The position numbers and the translations under genes are program-made. Shown here piece after piece: positions 1 to 13,885 of a stretch of DNA of 64,000 nucleotides. Below the pieces are notes generated by a model that saw only the letters and a list, made by a program, of their open reading frames with translations, made no database searches and was not told where the DNA came from. Numbering within the stretch: position 1 is the first letter of the stretch; each line of letters opens with the position of its first letter. This DNA comes from Fonticula alba ATCC 38817 (taxonomy: Eukaryota; Protista; Nucleariida), in assembly GCA_000388065.2 (NCBI GenBank), contig KB932204.1, one strand, 5' to 3'.

Positions 1-90
1 CTTCTGTCTTTCCCTTCTTCTGTCTTTCCCTTCTTCTGTCTTTCCCTTCCTCTCTCTTTCCCTTCTTCTCTCTTTCCCTTCTTCTCTCTT
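1..90 (+). repeat. Degenerate ~16-bp pyrimidine tandem repeat (CTTCTGTCTTTCCCTT) in an intron
   Basis: Directly visible repeated units upstream of the carboxylesterase acceptor. Confidence 0.75.
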
Positions 91-197
91 TCTCTCCTCA
101 TCTCCTTGTCCATCTCATCATCCCTCTCCTCCCCCCTCTCCTTCTCCCTCTCTCCCCCACTAACATGTCCCCACCGGCCCCGTAATGGTCTCTGTAG

Positions 198-1104
198 TTT
201 CGCCAAGGCCGTCGGCTGTGATGTCACCGACACGGCCTGCTTCTATGCGCTTGACATGGAGGAGGCCCTCGCCGGGCAGGTGGCCGCCATGAAGCACCTA
301 CCTCTGGACTATCCCCTGTCGGCCTTCATGCCGCTGCTGCCGACCGTCGACGGGGTGGACCTGCCGGACCAGCCATACAACGTGGTGATGGCCGGTCGTC
401 ACCACCCGGTGCCGGTCATCATGGGCACCACCGCCGATGAGGTGAAGCTGTACATCCACATGGCCTGGCCGAACCCCGTGTCGGCGGCCGAGTACCGGGC
501 CGCCATGCGCGTGCTCTTCAAGGGCAACGCCACCGAGGTCCTGGCTGAGTATCCCCCGGTGTCCGGGGACAACCGCTCGGTCATGTCGGTTGTCGGCACG
601 CATTATGTGTTCAGCTGCCCGCAGCGGAAGTTCTCCCGTGGTCTGGCGGCCGCCGGCCTGGCTGGGCCGAACTCCGTCTTCCACTACATCCACGACCAGG
701 CCTGGAGCTTCCCCGGCTGGGAGCCGAACTTCTCCTTCTGCAATGGCGCCTCCTGCCATGGTGTGGATCTGCCGTACTACTTCAACACGGCCACCTTGAT
801 GTTTGACGTGACGGCCCCGGAGCAGCAGCTCTTCCGCCACATCGCCGGGTATTTCGGCAACTTCGTCCACACCGGCAACCCCAACAATGGTGGCGGCCGT
901 GGTGGCTCCTCCCCCTCTTCGCCGGCTACCGCCTGGCCCGGTCACTCCCAGACGTCGGATCGCTATGTTGTCTTCACCGCTCCCACGCCGTACTCCCTGA
1001 GTGGCTATCTGCAGCATGAGTGCGACTTCTTCGATGGCATCGGCTATGATCCCGAGCGTGTGTCCCGCGTGGCCAACTACCTGCTGTCCGGCATCCGTGC
1101 TTAG
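198..1104 (+). CDS. Type-B carboxylesterase / alpha-beta hydrolase, last exon (5' exons lie upstream of the window)
   Basis: Acceptor TGTAG at 193-197 follows a pyrimidine tract and CTAAC branch point. The translation has the carboxylesterase motifs PTVDGVDLP, MGTTADE (catalytic Glu region), CHGVDLPYYF (catalytic His region) and FVHTGNPN. Stop TAG at 1102-1104. Confidence 0.85.
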
Positions 1105-1434
1105 GGGTGGTCATAGCCGGCCCTTTCTTCCCTCCTGCCGCTTGCCTTCTCGTTCGGCCCCCTCCGCTCCCTCCCCCCTCCGATGGTAAGGGATGCGAGG
1201 TGATGGCTCGGCCGCGTGCGCCTGCATGCACCCGGCATAGCTTCTCCTTTGCCCGCCCCCCCCCCCTTCCCTTGTTCCCATCCCTGCTCGCTCTCGGTTG
1301 GCGGCCTTCCCAATGCATGGATGCTATCCCCGTGGATTTCCCCGCCTCTGGGCCAATGTTTCATTCGCGCTATGTGCCATGTCCCATGTGCGGGTGTCTA
1401 TTTCGCATGGCACGCCGGCGACCTTCCGCGGTCC

Positions 1435-4293
1435 CTAGCCAAGGACCACGTAGTTCCGGTAGACAAGTTGCCGGACCTTGAAGTACAGCGGGCTGAGCGG
1501 CCCCTGCATGGAAAGGGCCCCGGTGGTGGGATTCTGCCCGAAGATGGGAGGAGGAGCAAAGCGGGTGCGGGAGAGAGGATCACAAGGGGGAGTAGCGGGA
1601 GGAGTGGGCCGTCAGTGGGATCAGGCAAGCAAGGGAGGGGGAAGCCGGCTTCACCAGCGGGGCTCGCCCGAGGCGGGGGAGAGGGACCCCAAGGAAAAAG
1701 GGGGCAGCAAAAAAGGGCGACTTTCTGCGCGAAAACCAGCCACGAACCCGAGAGATGGTGATCTTGCGCCCGGACGTGGCGGCACGGCACACCAGCACAC
1801 CGGCCTCCAGCCGTGAGCGAATGCCGATCTCGCTCTCCAGCAGGACGCGCAGCTCGGCCATGCGCACATCGCCCACACTGAGCACATGCCGCGAGGTGCT
1901 GGCCAGGGCCAGGCCCGGACGGTCGCCGGCCGGCACATGGGCGCCGGCGTCGGTCCCGGTCGCGCGTTTGGCCGCCTGCGCATTGACCGTCTCGACCAGC
2001 GGCTCCAGGTGCAGGAAGCCCCCGCGGTTGACCTGTGCCCGAACCAGGCTGAACTCGCAGTTGTCGAACTGGACGCACGCAGCCGAACCACGCGGGCCAC
2101 GCACACACCGGCGAAAGGGGGGGGGGGGGGGGGCGGGGGCGGAGTGGCGGGCAGTAAGTACCGGGAGAGGGGGGGGGGCAAGCAGCGTTCCGGTGTGCCA
2201 TGCGACCGGGAGGCGCGACACAAGGGGAGAGAGGAGGAGGCGCAGCACGAGGGGAGATCGACGCACGGTCTTCGGGCTGAGGCTCCGAACCAGGCGGTCC
2301 GAGAAGGAGACTGTCACCACCCGGGTAGTGGACGACACGTCGATCAGGTCCAGGCCCAGGTGCAGCAGCGGGTCGCTGAGGGCGACGAAGGGGGTGTCCG
2401 TGGTCGGAGGCCGGCGGGCCGCCTCGATAGCCTGCTGCACGCTCGGGTCGGCCAGCCGGGCCGCCGGTAGGATGAACTGCACTTGCGGGTGCTCCTCCTC
2501 CAGCTGCAGTTGCAGCCAGCGCGACTTGGGAATGATACCGTTGATGAAAATCTGCGGCCCAACAGCAGGCAATGGCCATGGTGTAAGTTGCGGGCGGCGA
2601 GAAACAGGCGCCAAGGTGGCACAAGGGCGGGGCAAATGCCTTGGCCAGGCAGGGAGGGCAACGGAGGAGCAAGCGCCCATGTACGCACCATGCGCTGGGC
2701 GTCAACAGACTCCAGCAGCTGAACCACCGACTGGCCATCGGCCAAGCCCTCCACGTCGACATAGCTGACGAAGGCTGCCACGTGGACTTGTGTTGAGGAG
2801 GTGACGACCTTGGTTTCCATGCGCTCGGCGCGCAGGCGCTGGAATTCTTGCTTCCGCCGGAGTGCCTCGCGGTTGGCATCCATCTGCCGCGAGAGTGCCC
2901 CGTCACCGCCACCACCACCACCCCCCCCGGTCGGTCCATTGAGAGTGAGATACATTTCAGCGGTGGAGGAGGAGCAGAAGGACACAGGGACACGGCGAGA
3001 TTGTGTGTGCGTGTGTGTGTGTGTGTGTGCGTGTGTGTGAAGGGAAGAGGAGGGGGGGAGAAAGGCCGGAAGCGAGTACTTAACGCACCAGCATGCGATC
3101 GCCGACCGCCCCGTCGATGGTGATGTGGGCCACAGCACGCCGGTAGTCCGATGGCCGGATGGGCTCGCCATACATGTCGCTTGTGCTGGAGGCGGCTCCG
3201 GCGGCGGAGGATCCACCGCCGCCGGTGCCCGCCGCGCCGCCGCCCCCGCCAAAAGCACCGCCCGATCCGGAGGCTGTGGCTCGACCGCCGGTCCAACGCC
3301 CGGCGCGCGTGCGCCCGGTGCCGCCACCCACCGCACGTTGGCCGGCGGCCGCCAGCGGATCGCGCCAGCGCCGCTGCTGGCGCCCCAACTGCCGGGTGTC
3401 CATCGGGAACATGAGCGGGCCCTGGCGCCGGGCCGGCCGAAGGGCCAAGCCCACGAGCGATGCGGCGCCCCCCTGTGCCAGAGGATCGGTCGCGGCATCG
3501 CCACCAGCCGGCAGGGCCACCGCCACTCCGGCATGGCGCATGGAGTCCACCACCGATCGGGCAATTTGAGCAAAGGCTTCCGGGGCCAGGGCCCCGCCGG
3601 CCGGCCCGGCCAGCGCCCGGCATGCTGTCAGGGAGGCCGCGGCGGCGGCGATCGACCGGGCCCGACGGAAGCGCGATGCCAGCATCAGGTCGTACGTGAA
3701 GCCGCCATCCACATCATCGTCATCGTCATCCTCGTCGCCAGCCCCGGGGCCAGAGCCATGGGTCGAGTCGCCCACAGCGTCGAGGCCTTCCCCGCCGGGG
3801 CCCTCGGCGCCGGGTCCGCCGCCAGGGCCCTCATCCAGGAGGTCGTCCTCGTCGTCCTCCTCGTCGTCGGAAAAGTCGTCCTCCGATTCGGGCAAGCCAC
3901 CCGGCGGCGCGGCGCCAGGAACACCCGGCCCACCGGCCGCCGGGTCGCCCTCATCACCCGGGGCCCCGCCGGGTGCCTTGCCAGGCCGATCGGCCGCCTG
4001 GGCACGTGCGCGTCGCCGCCGAGCCTGGCGCTTGGCCTCGGTCAGCTCGCTGCCTTGCAGGGCCTCCCGGTGTGCCAGAGTCAGTGTCACATCGGGCGGG
4101 GTGGGAAGCTGTGCCAGGGGGACAATCGCCGGCAAGAAGGTCGGCTGCCCGGTGGGGCCGGAGCCCGACGCGGCGGCCGGCCGGCCGGACATCGCATCAA
4201 AGAGAAAGCGGCTCAGAGTCCCGCGGCAGGCGCGCTGCGTGAGCAGCACACTGTTACGCGAATCGCCCGACCACATGGAGAACAGGTGCCGAG

Positions 4294-4328
<35 letters not shown>

Positions 4329-6611
4329 TGTGCGAGCATCGGGCCGAAGGGGGTCCAGGGGCATCGGCGATGGAAAGGAAGGGGAGGGCAGGGGGAACAA
4401 AGGAGGGTCAGTTTGCGTCCAAGGGCCCGGGCCATGCACTTGGCCAGCAGGCCGCACAAAAGCAGGCGCGAGGCGATGGGCATGTCCCACGTACAGGGGC
4501 CACACTCGATGCTGGCCGGCCCGGTGAGCACGACACACGGCTCGGTGCCGAACTTCTCGAAGAACTCCTCCACCGAGTGGCAAAAGCGCACATACTGCAG
4601 CATGCTCTCGGCGTCCTCGGCCAGGGCACGATCACGAAGCTGGTGCGATGGGCCGGACGCCTTGGCGCCAAGGCCGGCGGCAGCGGCCGCGCCCGGGCCC
4701 TGGATCAGTCGCTGGATGAGATCATCGTCGCTGACCCATTCGTTCATGGTCCGTAGCAGACGGAAAATGTGCTCCGCATGGGGGGTGAGCAGGACCGGCC
4801 GGAAGCCGCGCTTGTTGAGCTCGGTCGACTCGTCCTCCCAAATCTGGCGGTCGGGTTAGCATCGATGCGTATGCACGAGTGAGGGAGGCCAATCGCAGGA
4901 GGCGAGAGAGAGAGAGAGAGAGAGGGAGAGGCAGGGCTTTTGAGGGAGGACGTACGCTCTCCAGGAAAAGGGCCAGTTCGATGACACGACCGGTCGAGTC
5001 GCATGGCATCAGGACATTGCCTCCGCGGTCAAGCGTCTGGGCGATCGATTCTACACACCGCCGAGGGGCAAGGGGCGGGAGGTCAGTGCGACTGGGCCAT
5101 AGCAGGTGCAGGCAGGGGCACTTTCAGAGCCGAGTGGGAGAGGGGCGCAAAAGGGGGACGCACTGAGCAGGGCATCATTCCGATCGGACAGTTTCAGCGG
5201 CAGCGTGTCCATCCGGTGCGAGCCGGTGATGACCAGTCCTGGCTTCGGGCAGATGGACGTCAGGTCCGCGTGCGAGAGGTGGCTGCGTCGCGAGTTGAGC
5301 GTGTGACCAGCCGGAGGGGTGGGGGGGGGGGGGTTGTCAGACAACCAGAGTCACGGGCATGAGGAGCCGCCGCGAGGGGAAAGGGAAAGCGGAGGAAGAA
5401 AAGGAGGAGGAAGGCTCCACGGAGGCGTACAGCTCGCGGCGATTGTTGATGTTGATGGCGTAGATGATGGCATCGGTATTCTTGCGGATCAGCCAGATGG
5501 CCCCACCGAGGCTGTGCCCCGACGGGAAGGGGGTCACCGTGATGCCCTTGGCCTTGGGATCTAAAGGGAAAAACGGCAGCGGCAGCGGCAGCGGCAGCGG
5601 CGGCGAAGGAGGCGGCGAAGGAGGCGGCGCAGGCGAGTTTATGTGAGCACATGCAGCAGGGGGAGAAAGCTCGCCACAGATGCAGGAGGCCCCCCCCCCC
5701 CCCCCAGGGGAGCCAGCTGACTGCGTACCATCGATCAGGTGCGTCTGGCAGTAGCTCAGCGACCGCCACAGGTTCGGCTGGAAGGTCGAATCGACGTGGC
5801 GTTCATCGAACAGATTAAAGTCCGACGCGCCCAGGGCATTCTCCAGTGCGGCGGACATGGCGATCTTTGGTGGTGATGGGGGCAGAATGCCCGAGCAGTC
5901 AGTCACACAAGCTGCAGGGAGCGAGCAAGGCCGCGAGGGGCGCAAACATGCATACCTTGCCCATGGCCACGACAGGCAGCGTGGCAAACAGTCGAACACC
6001 TTCCGGCAGGCCGAGCGACCGGCGCGCGTACGGCAATGCCCCGAGGTACGCCACGTCCGAGTGGGAGATGATCACCGCGTCGACATCTTTGGCGACTCTG
6101 TGGGCATGTTTGTGTGCATGTGCGTTGGCGAGTGGGGGAAGGCGGGAGGAGGAAGGGAGAAGGGGGGGGGGAGCAAAGAGAGGATCAAACACCAAGAGGG
6201 AGTGTGTTCCGCAAGAGGCAGCACCAGGGGAGCACCACAAGGTGAGAGGTCAGCATTTGGCAGGGGCCCATGGCAGGCGTGTGGTCGAGGAGATCGACGG
6301 GCCGGGGGCCGTGCGCACCGGGCGAGACCCGACAGGGCCACCGGATCGAAGGCATCCGTCCAGCCGCAGTCCAACAAAATCCGGTATCCATCAATGTCGA
6401 GGAGGAAGCACACCGGCCCGGCGTCGCCATCGAAGGCAACTGTCCCGCCTGGCGCCTGGAAGCTGGCCACCGAAGACAAGGTGTCCCCCGGGTGCGGCTG
6501 CGGCGCATCCGGGTCGGCCTTGATTTGGCCATCAGCCCCGACCAGCGGGCCCGATCCCAGCCCACTGCCCAGGAGGGCAGTGAACCGGATCCTCGACGAG
6601 GTGAGGGACAT
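1435..6611 (-). CDS. CPSF2: Cleavage and polyadenylation specificity factor subunit 2 (CPSF100), multi-exon
   Basis: Exon translations: MSLTSSRIRFTALLG; VCFLLDIDGYRILLDCGW; VDAVIISHSDVAYLGALPY (degenerate, non-catalytic HxHxDH site as in CPSF100); VTPFPSGHSLGGAIWLI; GGNVLMPCDSTGRVIEL; VGDVRMAELRVLL..GVLVC. The last exon reads ALSMQGPLSPLYFKVRQLVYRNYVVLG*. ATG at 6611, TAG at 1437-1435. Confidence 0.92.
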
Positions 6612-7365
6612 GCGCGTGGGCGAGTCACACGCGTGGAGGGGGTGTTGTGGCGTGCCCGAGCGGCGAACCGGGCGCGAAGTGTAAGGGTGCAGGGAACAAA
6701 GGCCAGGGGGGGTGGGGAGGCAAATGACAGGGAGATGGAAAGAAGAGGAGGGGTGCAGCCGGGCACAGGACCAGGCCCGGTCCAAGGCCGCTCTCAAGTC
6801 CCGCCATTGTACGCCGGCTCGGATGGCCGCGCCCGGCAGGCGAAAGGCCAGCCACCCGGCGGTTCCACCTCCCCATCGAAATACAGACCTCTCACCATAG
6901 ACACCAACATGGCTTTTCGTGCGTCCGTTCTTGCCCCCTCTCCCCCCCCCCCCTCTTTCTCTCCCCGGGCGGGGGGCTGCCCCGCCCAGAGAAGACGGTT
7001 CGCCCCTGCACCCGGTGCCCGCCTAGTCGCCCTACTCTACAAGGGGTGTGGCCTGCCCCGAGGTAGGGGGCTGTGTCCTCTCCCCGCCCGGCCCTGGGAT
7101 CGCGCGGCTGAGCGGACCACAGCTACCAACCTAGCGCTCCTAGTGCCAGCGCATCGTCGCATCTGCGTGGGCATCTGTAATGTATGTATTGGAACACGAG
7201 CAGAGGGGCACGCATGCCCCGGCCCTCTCTTGCAAGGGTGCTGGGCAGAGGGGGGAGGGGGGGGGTGCTGCCCCTCACCCCCCCCCCCCCCCAGCTCAAG
7301 GGCGCCGGGCCGGCCGTTTCTCTCCACGGGCGGCAATATTCCCCTGACGCCGGAGGGAGACACAT

Positions 7366-9996
7366 CTACGAAGAAGAGTGGCCCAGGGCCAGCTCGATGC
7401 GCCGAAGGGTGGACTTGATGGAGCGCTTGAGAATGGACGCCTTGGGCTTGGGAGGGGGAGCCGCGGCCCCCGGGGTGACCAGCTCGACGGTCGAGGAGGT
7501 CGAAGCCGGACCGGCCAGGTCCCGGCACTGGCCGGATTCCAGGAGGATGGTCCAGCTCCGGTACTCCAGCTGCGAGGTGATGGAGTCGCCGGAGGCCGCA
7601 ATCAGGCCGGACACATCCGGCCGCAGGGGCACATCCACCAAGCTCCGAGCCCCATGGGCACCGGTCAGGCCGGGGAACACCAGCGCCGAGGAGGAGCTGG
7701 CCAGGTGTGAAAGGGGGAAGAGGACCACATCGCCGGCGACCATGGCCGCCAGCTGGGCCGCCAAGCGAAGCTCATACTTGGCCTGCTTGGTTCGAAGCAG
7801 GGCCGCCGGGGCGGCGGCCATGCGCTGCTTGTGCCGAGCCGCCACCGGGGCGCCTGCAGCGCCCGCGGCCCCGGCCGCATGCGGGAACATGGTGGAGTAG
7901 AAGGGCTCGCTCGAAAGCAGGGTCGGCAGCTGGGCCGCCGACCGGGCATGGACACTCAGCAACCGGGTAACCGGCTGCCCGGCCTCGGTCAACAGCCGCC
8001 AGCAGACCCCCTCCACTGCGACGGTCCGGAGGCCGGCCGGCGCCGGGACCAGGGCCCGAGCATGGTCGGCGCTCTCCTGCAGGAGCTCCCGCTCACGGCG
8101 ATGCGCTTCCCGAAGGACCGAATAGATGCCCACCGGCAGGGCCACAGCCCGGCGCAGGGACTCGACGATGGACACCGAGGGTGGCTCGACCAGGAGCTGA
8201 TCCGCCTCCAGGGCATCGGTGGCCTGGCCACGGCCGGCCGGCCAGGAGGCCCCGTCTCCCGGCCGACAGGAGGTGCACTGGTCGGCATCGGCCTCCGGGG
8301 TCCCGGAGGCCGGGGCCGTCATCCGGGCGAAGGCCAACAAATCGCAGAAGCAGTGCCCCTGTGCCTGGAGGAATTGGCAATGCCGCAGGAGGAAGGCATC
8401 CGGCAGGAGACGCAACACCGGCATGGACAGGACACCATGGCTGAGGGCCGTGGCGGCGGCCAGCGACGCCCAGGCATTGAGGTCCGTGTCATCGGGCCCG
8501 GATGACGGACCGGAGCCCACATCGGCCGACCCATGTGCCAGGAGCTGGTTCACCACCAGGCCGATGCGCTCGATGGCTCGGCGCCGGTCGCGTGCGGTAT
8601 TCCGTCCAAGGACCGCCGCCGCGGCCACCATGGAGAGGGTATTCAGGTGGACGAACAACAAGTGCAGGTTTGACTGGTTTGACGGGCGCACCGGGAACTG
8701 GAACAGAAGGAAAGGGATGCGCGCGCACGTGTGTGTGTGTGTGTGTGTGGATGCGTTGATATGCACGTATGCACGTATGCACAGGGACAAGGGAAGAAGA
8801 GAAGGAGAGACAGAGTCAGCCGAAAGCCCCAGACCCAGTCAAGACACCAGGATGATGCAATGAAGCCGAGAGGAAGGAAACAGCGGGAAGAGAGTACGCA
8901 CGCGACGGACAAAAGCCGGGCCCGGGCTGCCAGCGGTGGCAGTAGCCGGGGCACCGACGGCCAGCAGATTGTTAACGGACATGGAGGCCAGCAGGCCGCT
9001 GATGTCCGAGAGCTCGGCGGCGGTGACCCGCGCCAGCAGGGGCGCCAGTTGCCCGGCCAACGCCCGGCAGATGGGCCCCAGGTCCGCACAAAGCAGCCAT
9101 TCGGCAATGGACTCCGAGGGGCCGGCCGGGCGGGAGGACTTGGCACTGGTGGCGGCCGAGATGGAGGCGGTGCCGTCCGTCAGCAAGCCCGCCAGCGAGG
9201 GCCACACGGCTGACAGGGCCACCGTGCGCAGGAGCCCCGGGTCTACCTGACCCGGGTCCACGCCATACAGGCAGCGGGCCACCTGGCGCCTGGAGGCGAA
9301 CCCGGAAGCCAGATGCCGGTGCTGGTGGGCGAAGCGCGCCTGGAAACGCGGGTCCGACAGGAAGGCCGCCAGCGAAGATTGGGCATGGCGCTCGGCCGCA
9401 TCGGCCGGCAGGGCCAGCACCCGCGGCGGGGCCGAGCCAATCCGCCGGGCCCCGGTGTCCGGGCACACCTGCACATCCAGCGGCGCCAGGCCGAATGCCC
9501 GACACAGAAGCTGCAAGGCCTCCACATCGGAGGCCAGGTCGTGGTCCCCGCGCGAGGAGAGCCACGCCACCAGCAGGGCCACGGTGCGCGCACGCCCCGG
9601 GCGAACCACCCCCTGCAAGAAGGCCTCCCGCTCCTCGGCCGAGGAGATGGAGGCCGTCGTGCCGGGGCCCCGGAGCGACCCGGTGGCGTCGGCCTCCAGG
9701 AGGTCCAGCCCGCCGGGGATGCTGGCCGATTGCCAGCCGCCAGGCGGCCCGGCATACCGCTCGGCCAGCAGCCGAGACACATCGCGCCCGGTGGCCAACA
9801 GGTGCAGGCTGGACACAAATCCCCGGCGGAAGGACACCGACGAGGCAGCAGGCAGGGCGCTGGTCGCGTAAAAGACCAGGGCGTTCAGGGAGTTCACCCG
9901 CTCGGGGAGGTTGTCACGCGATGACAGGGCCAGCCGGCCGGTCTCCAGCCAGATGGGTGACGGCTCGGGGGCGATCTCCACCGGGCTGGCCGGCAT

Positions 9997-10035
<39 letters not shown>

Positions 10036-13000
10036 AGGGGCCGGGAGTACCGGGGCGGGGATCGCCTTCTTCGGGACCCGGCGCGTTGGTGGGGTGAAAA
10101 CCACCACATCTGCCTGGAACTGCGAGAATGTGCATGGGCGCGCGCGTGAGTAGACATGGAGGACAAGTGTGTTCAAGCGCCTGGCGGTATCTCACCCTCT
10201 CGCTCTCCTCCCCCTCCCCCTCCCCCTCCCCCCCCCTCCCCCTCTCTTGCTCCTGCGTCCGCTCATCTGCCCACTCCGCTGGATACAATGGGCGAGAAGA
10301 CGTACGGCGGCTGCACGGCGGCGGATTTCATCACTGACACCGGCACGCAGGTGGCTGGCCAAGTTAGCCCGGATGCTGAGCTGCCGAGCGGCCTCGGTGT
10401 CGAGGACCTCCTCCTCATCCTCCTCGGCGGGCGCGGGAACAGGGGCCGGGGCCGCCACCGGGGCTGGAGAGACCACCGGCTCCGGCTCCGGCTCCGGCTC
10501 CGGGGCCTCCAACACATCAGGAGTGCGCTGGAAGAGCGGCGCCCCGATGGCCCGAGACAGTGACTGCAACGTGGAAGACAGGTGCCCGAAGCAGGAAAGT
10601 GTCGGCCCAGACCGATGGGCAACCGAGTCACGGTCAAGACGCTCGGAGCTGGCCCCCTCCTCGAAGAGGGAGGCGAGCTCCGGTTCATCGGCCCCGGCAG
10701 TGGCCTCCAGCGGCGCGTCCCGGCCATAGGACTTGGCATCCTCGATCTCGGAGCTGGCCGTCGGGAGCATCTTCTGCACGGCCTCCACCACCGCATCACA
10801 CAAGGCCGCGGACTTGAAGAGGAGTTCCTCGGGCGAGAGGTCCCGCGTGCCGAGGGCATCCGTCAAGAGGGCCGTGATGTCGGCGGCCTCGGGCCCGGGG
10901 GCCGGGCCGTCGGAAATCCCGGCCACCGGGGCCCCGGCCCCGGCGTCCGACGATTCGATCAGGGCATTGATGGCTTGGATCATGGCATTGATGCCGGCCC
11001 GGGCGCCAGCCTGGAGGACGCGAATCAGCCGATTGGCCGACTCGGTGGCCAGGCCCAGCAGCAGGTCCGCATGCTCCTGGCGCAGGGTGGCATACTGGCG
11101 CAGGGCCGGCAGCGTGACATCAACCAACTCCTGGCACAAGCCCGGCGCCAGGGAGCCGGTGCTCGCGGCCCCCTCACGGGGCATCCACTTTCGCAGCAGA
11201 GCCCGCACATGAGCCACGAGAGCCGCGGACTCCGCGCTCAATGGCCCCAGCCAGTCAGGCGCATCGCCCTGCAGGGCGGCCAGGTCGGCCGCCAGGAGAT
11301 CGCTCTCAGCACGCAGGGCCCGGTACAGGGCCCGCATGGGAGGCCACAGCTGCTGGGCCCCGGTATCGGCATGGCCATTTGCAGGGCCGCCGATCGTGGC
11401 GGTGGCCACGGCCGCCATCAGGTCCTGCAGCAGGGTCATCAGTCGCGAGGACCGCCACCGGGCGGACTCCACCCAGTCCGATGCGCAGAGAACCAGATCC
11501 GTGGAGGAGAGCACGCGCTTGGGGCCGGGGGACGCGTCTCCCGGGCTGCTGGCCGCTGCTCCGGCGGCCGCCGGGGCCAGCAACCCCTCCAGCATGGGCA
11601 GCACCGACTCGATGGCCACATTGCGCACGGCTGACACCACGGCAAAGTTGTCCAGCTCGTCGAGGGCACCGCCGGCGGCGGCACCGGACCCGGCGGAGCC
11701 GGCGACCGCGGTGGCCGCCCTGCCAGCGCCCGCGGCCGACGAGGCTCCTGGATCCGAGGAAAGCACCACCGGGGCCGGCAGCGACAGGAGCGACATCTGC
11801 GCGTGGATGTTGTCACACGCCTGGTTGATGTTGTCCGAGGCCGAGGCCACCTCCACCATGGCGTCGATGGATTCCGGGGCGCGGGCGCGCGGAGCCACCG
11901 CCATGGCCCGGGCCAGGCTCTCCTTGGCGCTCAGGACCCCGGGCACGCGGACACCAGCCAGCAGGCCATCCACGGCCGAAGCCTTGGACCGAGCCTGGTG
12001 AATGGCTCGCTCGTAGAAGCGCAGATGGCTCTCCCGGTCGGCCACCAGCCCGGCGGCAGCCGGGGAAGAGTCGCTCTCGCTCGCGAGCCCGGCAGCAGCG
12101 AGGACATCACCGCAAGCCGGGCCCAGGCCAGCCGGGTGGCCGTCCGAGGGCCCGCGCCCGGAGTATGTGGCATCCAGCTCGGCCACCAGAGCATCCAGCA
12201 CCTGGCGCGTGGGCAGGTCATACTTGAGCGAGGGGTGGCCCGAGGCCGCCGACAGGACCGAGTCCGGCGGCGGCGGCGGCGAAGCCCCCGGCTGGGAGGA
12301 GGCCAGGTCCGAGTAGCGGCTGGCCATGGCAAAGAGGATGGACGACGATTGGAGGAAGGCCACCGAGGTGCCCATCAGCTGGAACATGAACTCGCTGGCG
12401 GTGGCCAGCTCGCTCAGCTGCTCCGGGTCCTGGCACAGGGAGAACAGGTGGTTCAGCCGGTCGGCCAGGCTGTTGTTCACGTCGATCAGCTGGTTGGCCA
12501 GGTTCTCCAGGGCCCGGGCGTACGAGGGGCTGACGAAGATCTGCACCGACAAAAATCTGCAACACAGCCGTGCGCAGGAGGGACACAGGGAGATCGGGGG
12601 GGGGGGGGAAAGGAGGAAGCGGGGCATTAGATCATGGCGCCATTGGCCACACGGTCAGCCGCCGAGGGGAGGGGGGAGGGGGAGGGAGGGGGCAGGAAGG
12701 ACGCACTGCAGGCAATCAGCCACCAGAGCCAGGCGCGCGGTGAGGCTGTTGTAGGCGGAGAGGACGGCCGATGCGGCGTCTTCCAGGCTGGCCGCGGCCT
12801 CGGTCCCAATGTCGGGCTCGTTGTCATCATCGGCGCTGAGGAGCTCGGCCACCGCGGGCGGAAGCTCGGCCCCGGCGCCAAGGAGCCTGGCCGATTGGCG
12901 GACCAGGCGCTGGATGCACCGGCGGAAGGACAGCAGGGCCTGGTGACAGAGGGAGTGTGCCAGCTGCGTGGCGAGGAAGGCGCTGCGGGGTGGACACGGC

Positions 13001-13618
13001 GCAGGAGGGGAGCGGGTTAGACGCAGGCCGGGGGGGGGGGGGAAGGGAGCAGCAGTGTCTGGAGGCGGGGAGAGGAGCGGGAGGGGCTGGGCGCACCGCT
13101 GGACGCCATGGTCGTATGCCTCGGCACAGAGGCAGGCAAGGCGGTCGAAGAGGATGGAGAACCGCTCGAAGAAGCACTCCGGCACGACGGCCCCCTCGGC
13201 AAAGGGGGACTCTTGGAAGGGCTGGAAGGTGGCCGCGGTGTCCGCACCACAGGCCGCCATCAGCTCATCGCGCCGGTCCTGAATGCGCCGCAGCGACAGG
13301 GCATACCCATCGATGAGCCCCTGGAATGGGTTGAAGGAGCCATCGGGATCGGGGGCCACGCTGGCGGCTGGCAAGCTGGCCTTGAGCGGGTCATCGACGG
13401 TGACCATGTCGGCGGAGGCCCGCTCGTCCGATGTCAGGCGCGTCCGCAGCAGGCGGTCCACCATGACCTGGTGCCAGTCGCTCATGAATGTCCAAATTCT
13501 ACGGTGCAGGTGCGGGGGGGGGGGGGGGGGGGGGGGGGGCAAGGAGAGATCAGTCTGACGCGCGCAAAGGGGGCAGGTCGGCAAGGATCGGCACAGGAAA
13601 GGGCTGGCAGCCGGCCGG

Positions 13619-13652
<34 letters not shown>

Positions 13653-13883
13653 TGCGCACTGCTCGGTATTGTCGAGGAGGGTGTTGCGTGACGCCTCGGG
13701 TACTGGCTGCCCGGCGGCCGCTGGCCCGGCGGCATAGAAGCGCCGCTGCAGCGAGATGGCCGTCAAGGCCACATCCACGAGGTTGGTGATGACGTCTGGG
13801 AACTGCACGACATCGGGCGGGGCATCGGCGGAGGCCGCCGGGGGGAGGCCGCCCGCCGGACCGTGCGCGGCAGCCTCTGCCAT
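7366..13883 (-). CDS. Large (~1,900 aa) uncharacterised alpha-helical, Ala-rich protein, about 6 exons; the 5' end abuts an N gap
   Basis: Long ORFs 13883-13658, 13499-~13090, ~12985-12706, 12542-10306, 10119-~8900 and ~8680-7366. I checked phase at the first intron and at GTACGT donor 10305 to CAG acceptor 10120; the other junctions are approximate. EPEPEP linkers flank the 10.2-kb intron. No family recognised. Confidence 0.7.
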
Positions 13884-13885
13884 GG

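Noticed and set aside
10192-10305. Separate gene ending in an RGG/NLS tail (RRSKRGGGGGRGRGRG*)
   Set aside because: An in-phase GTACGT donor at 10305 removes this purine tract as intron.
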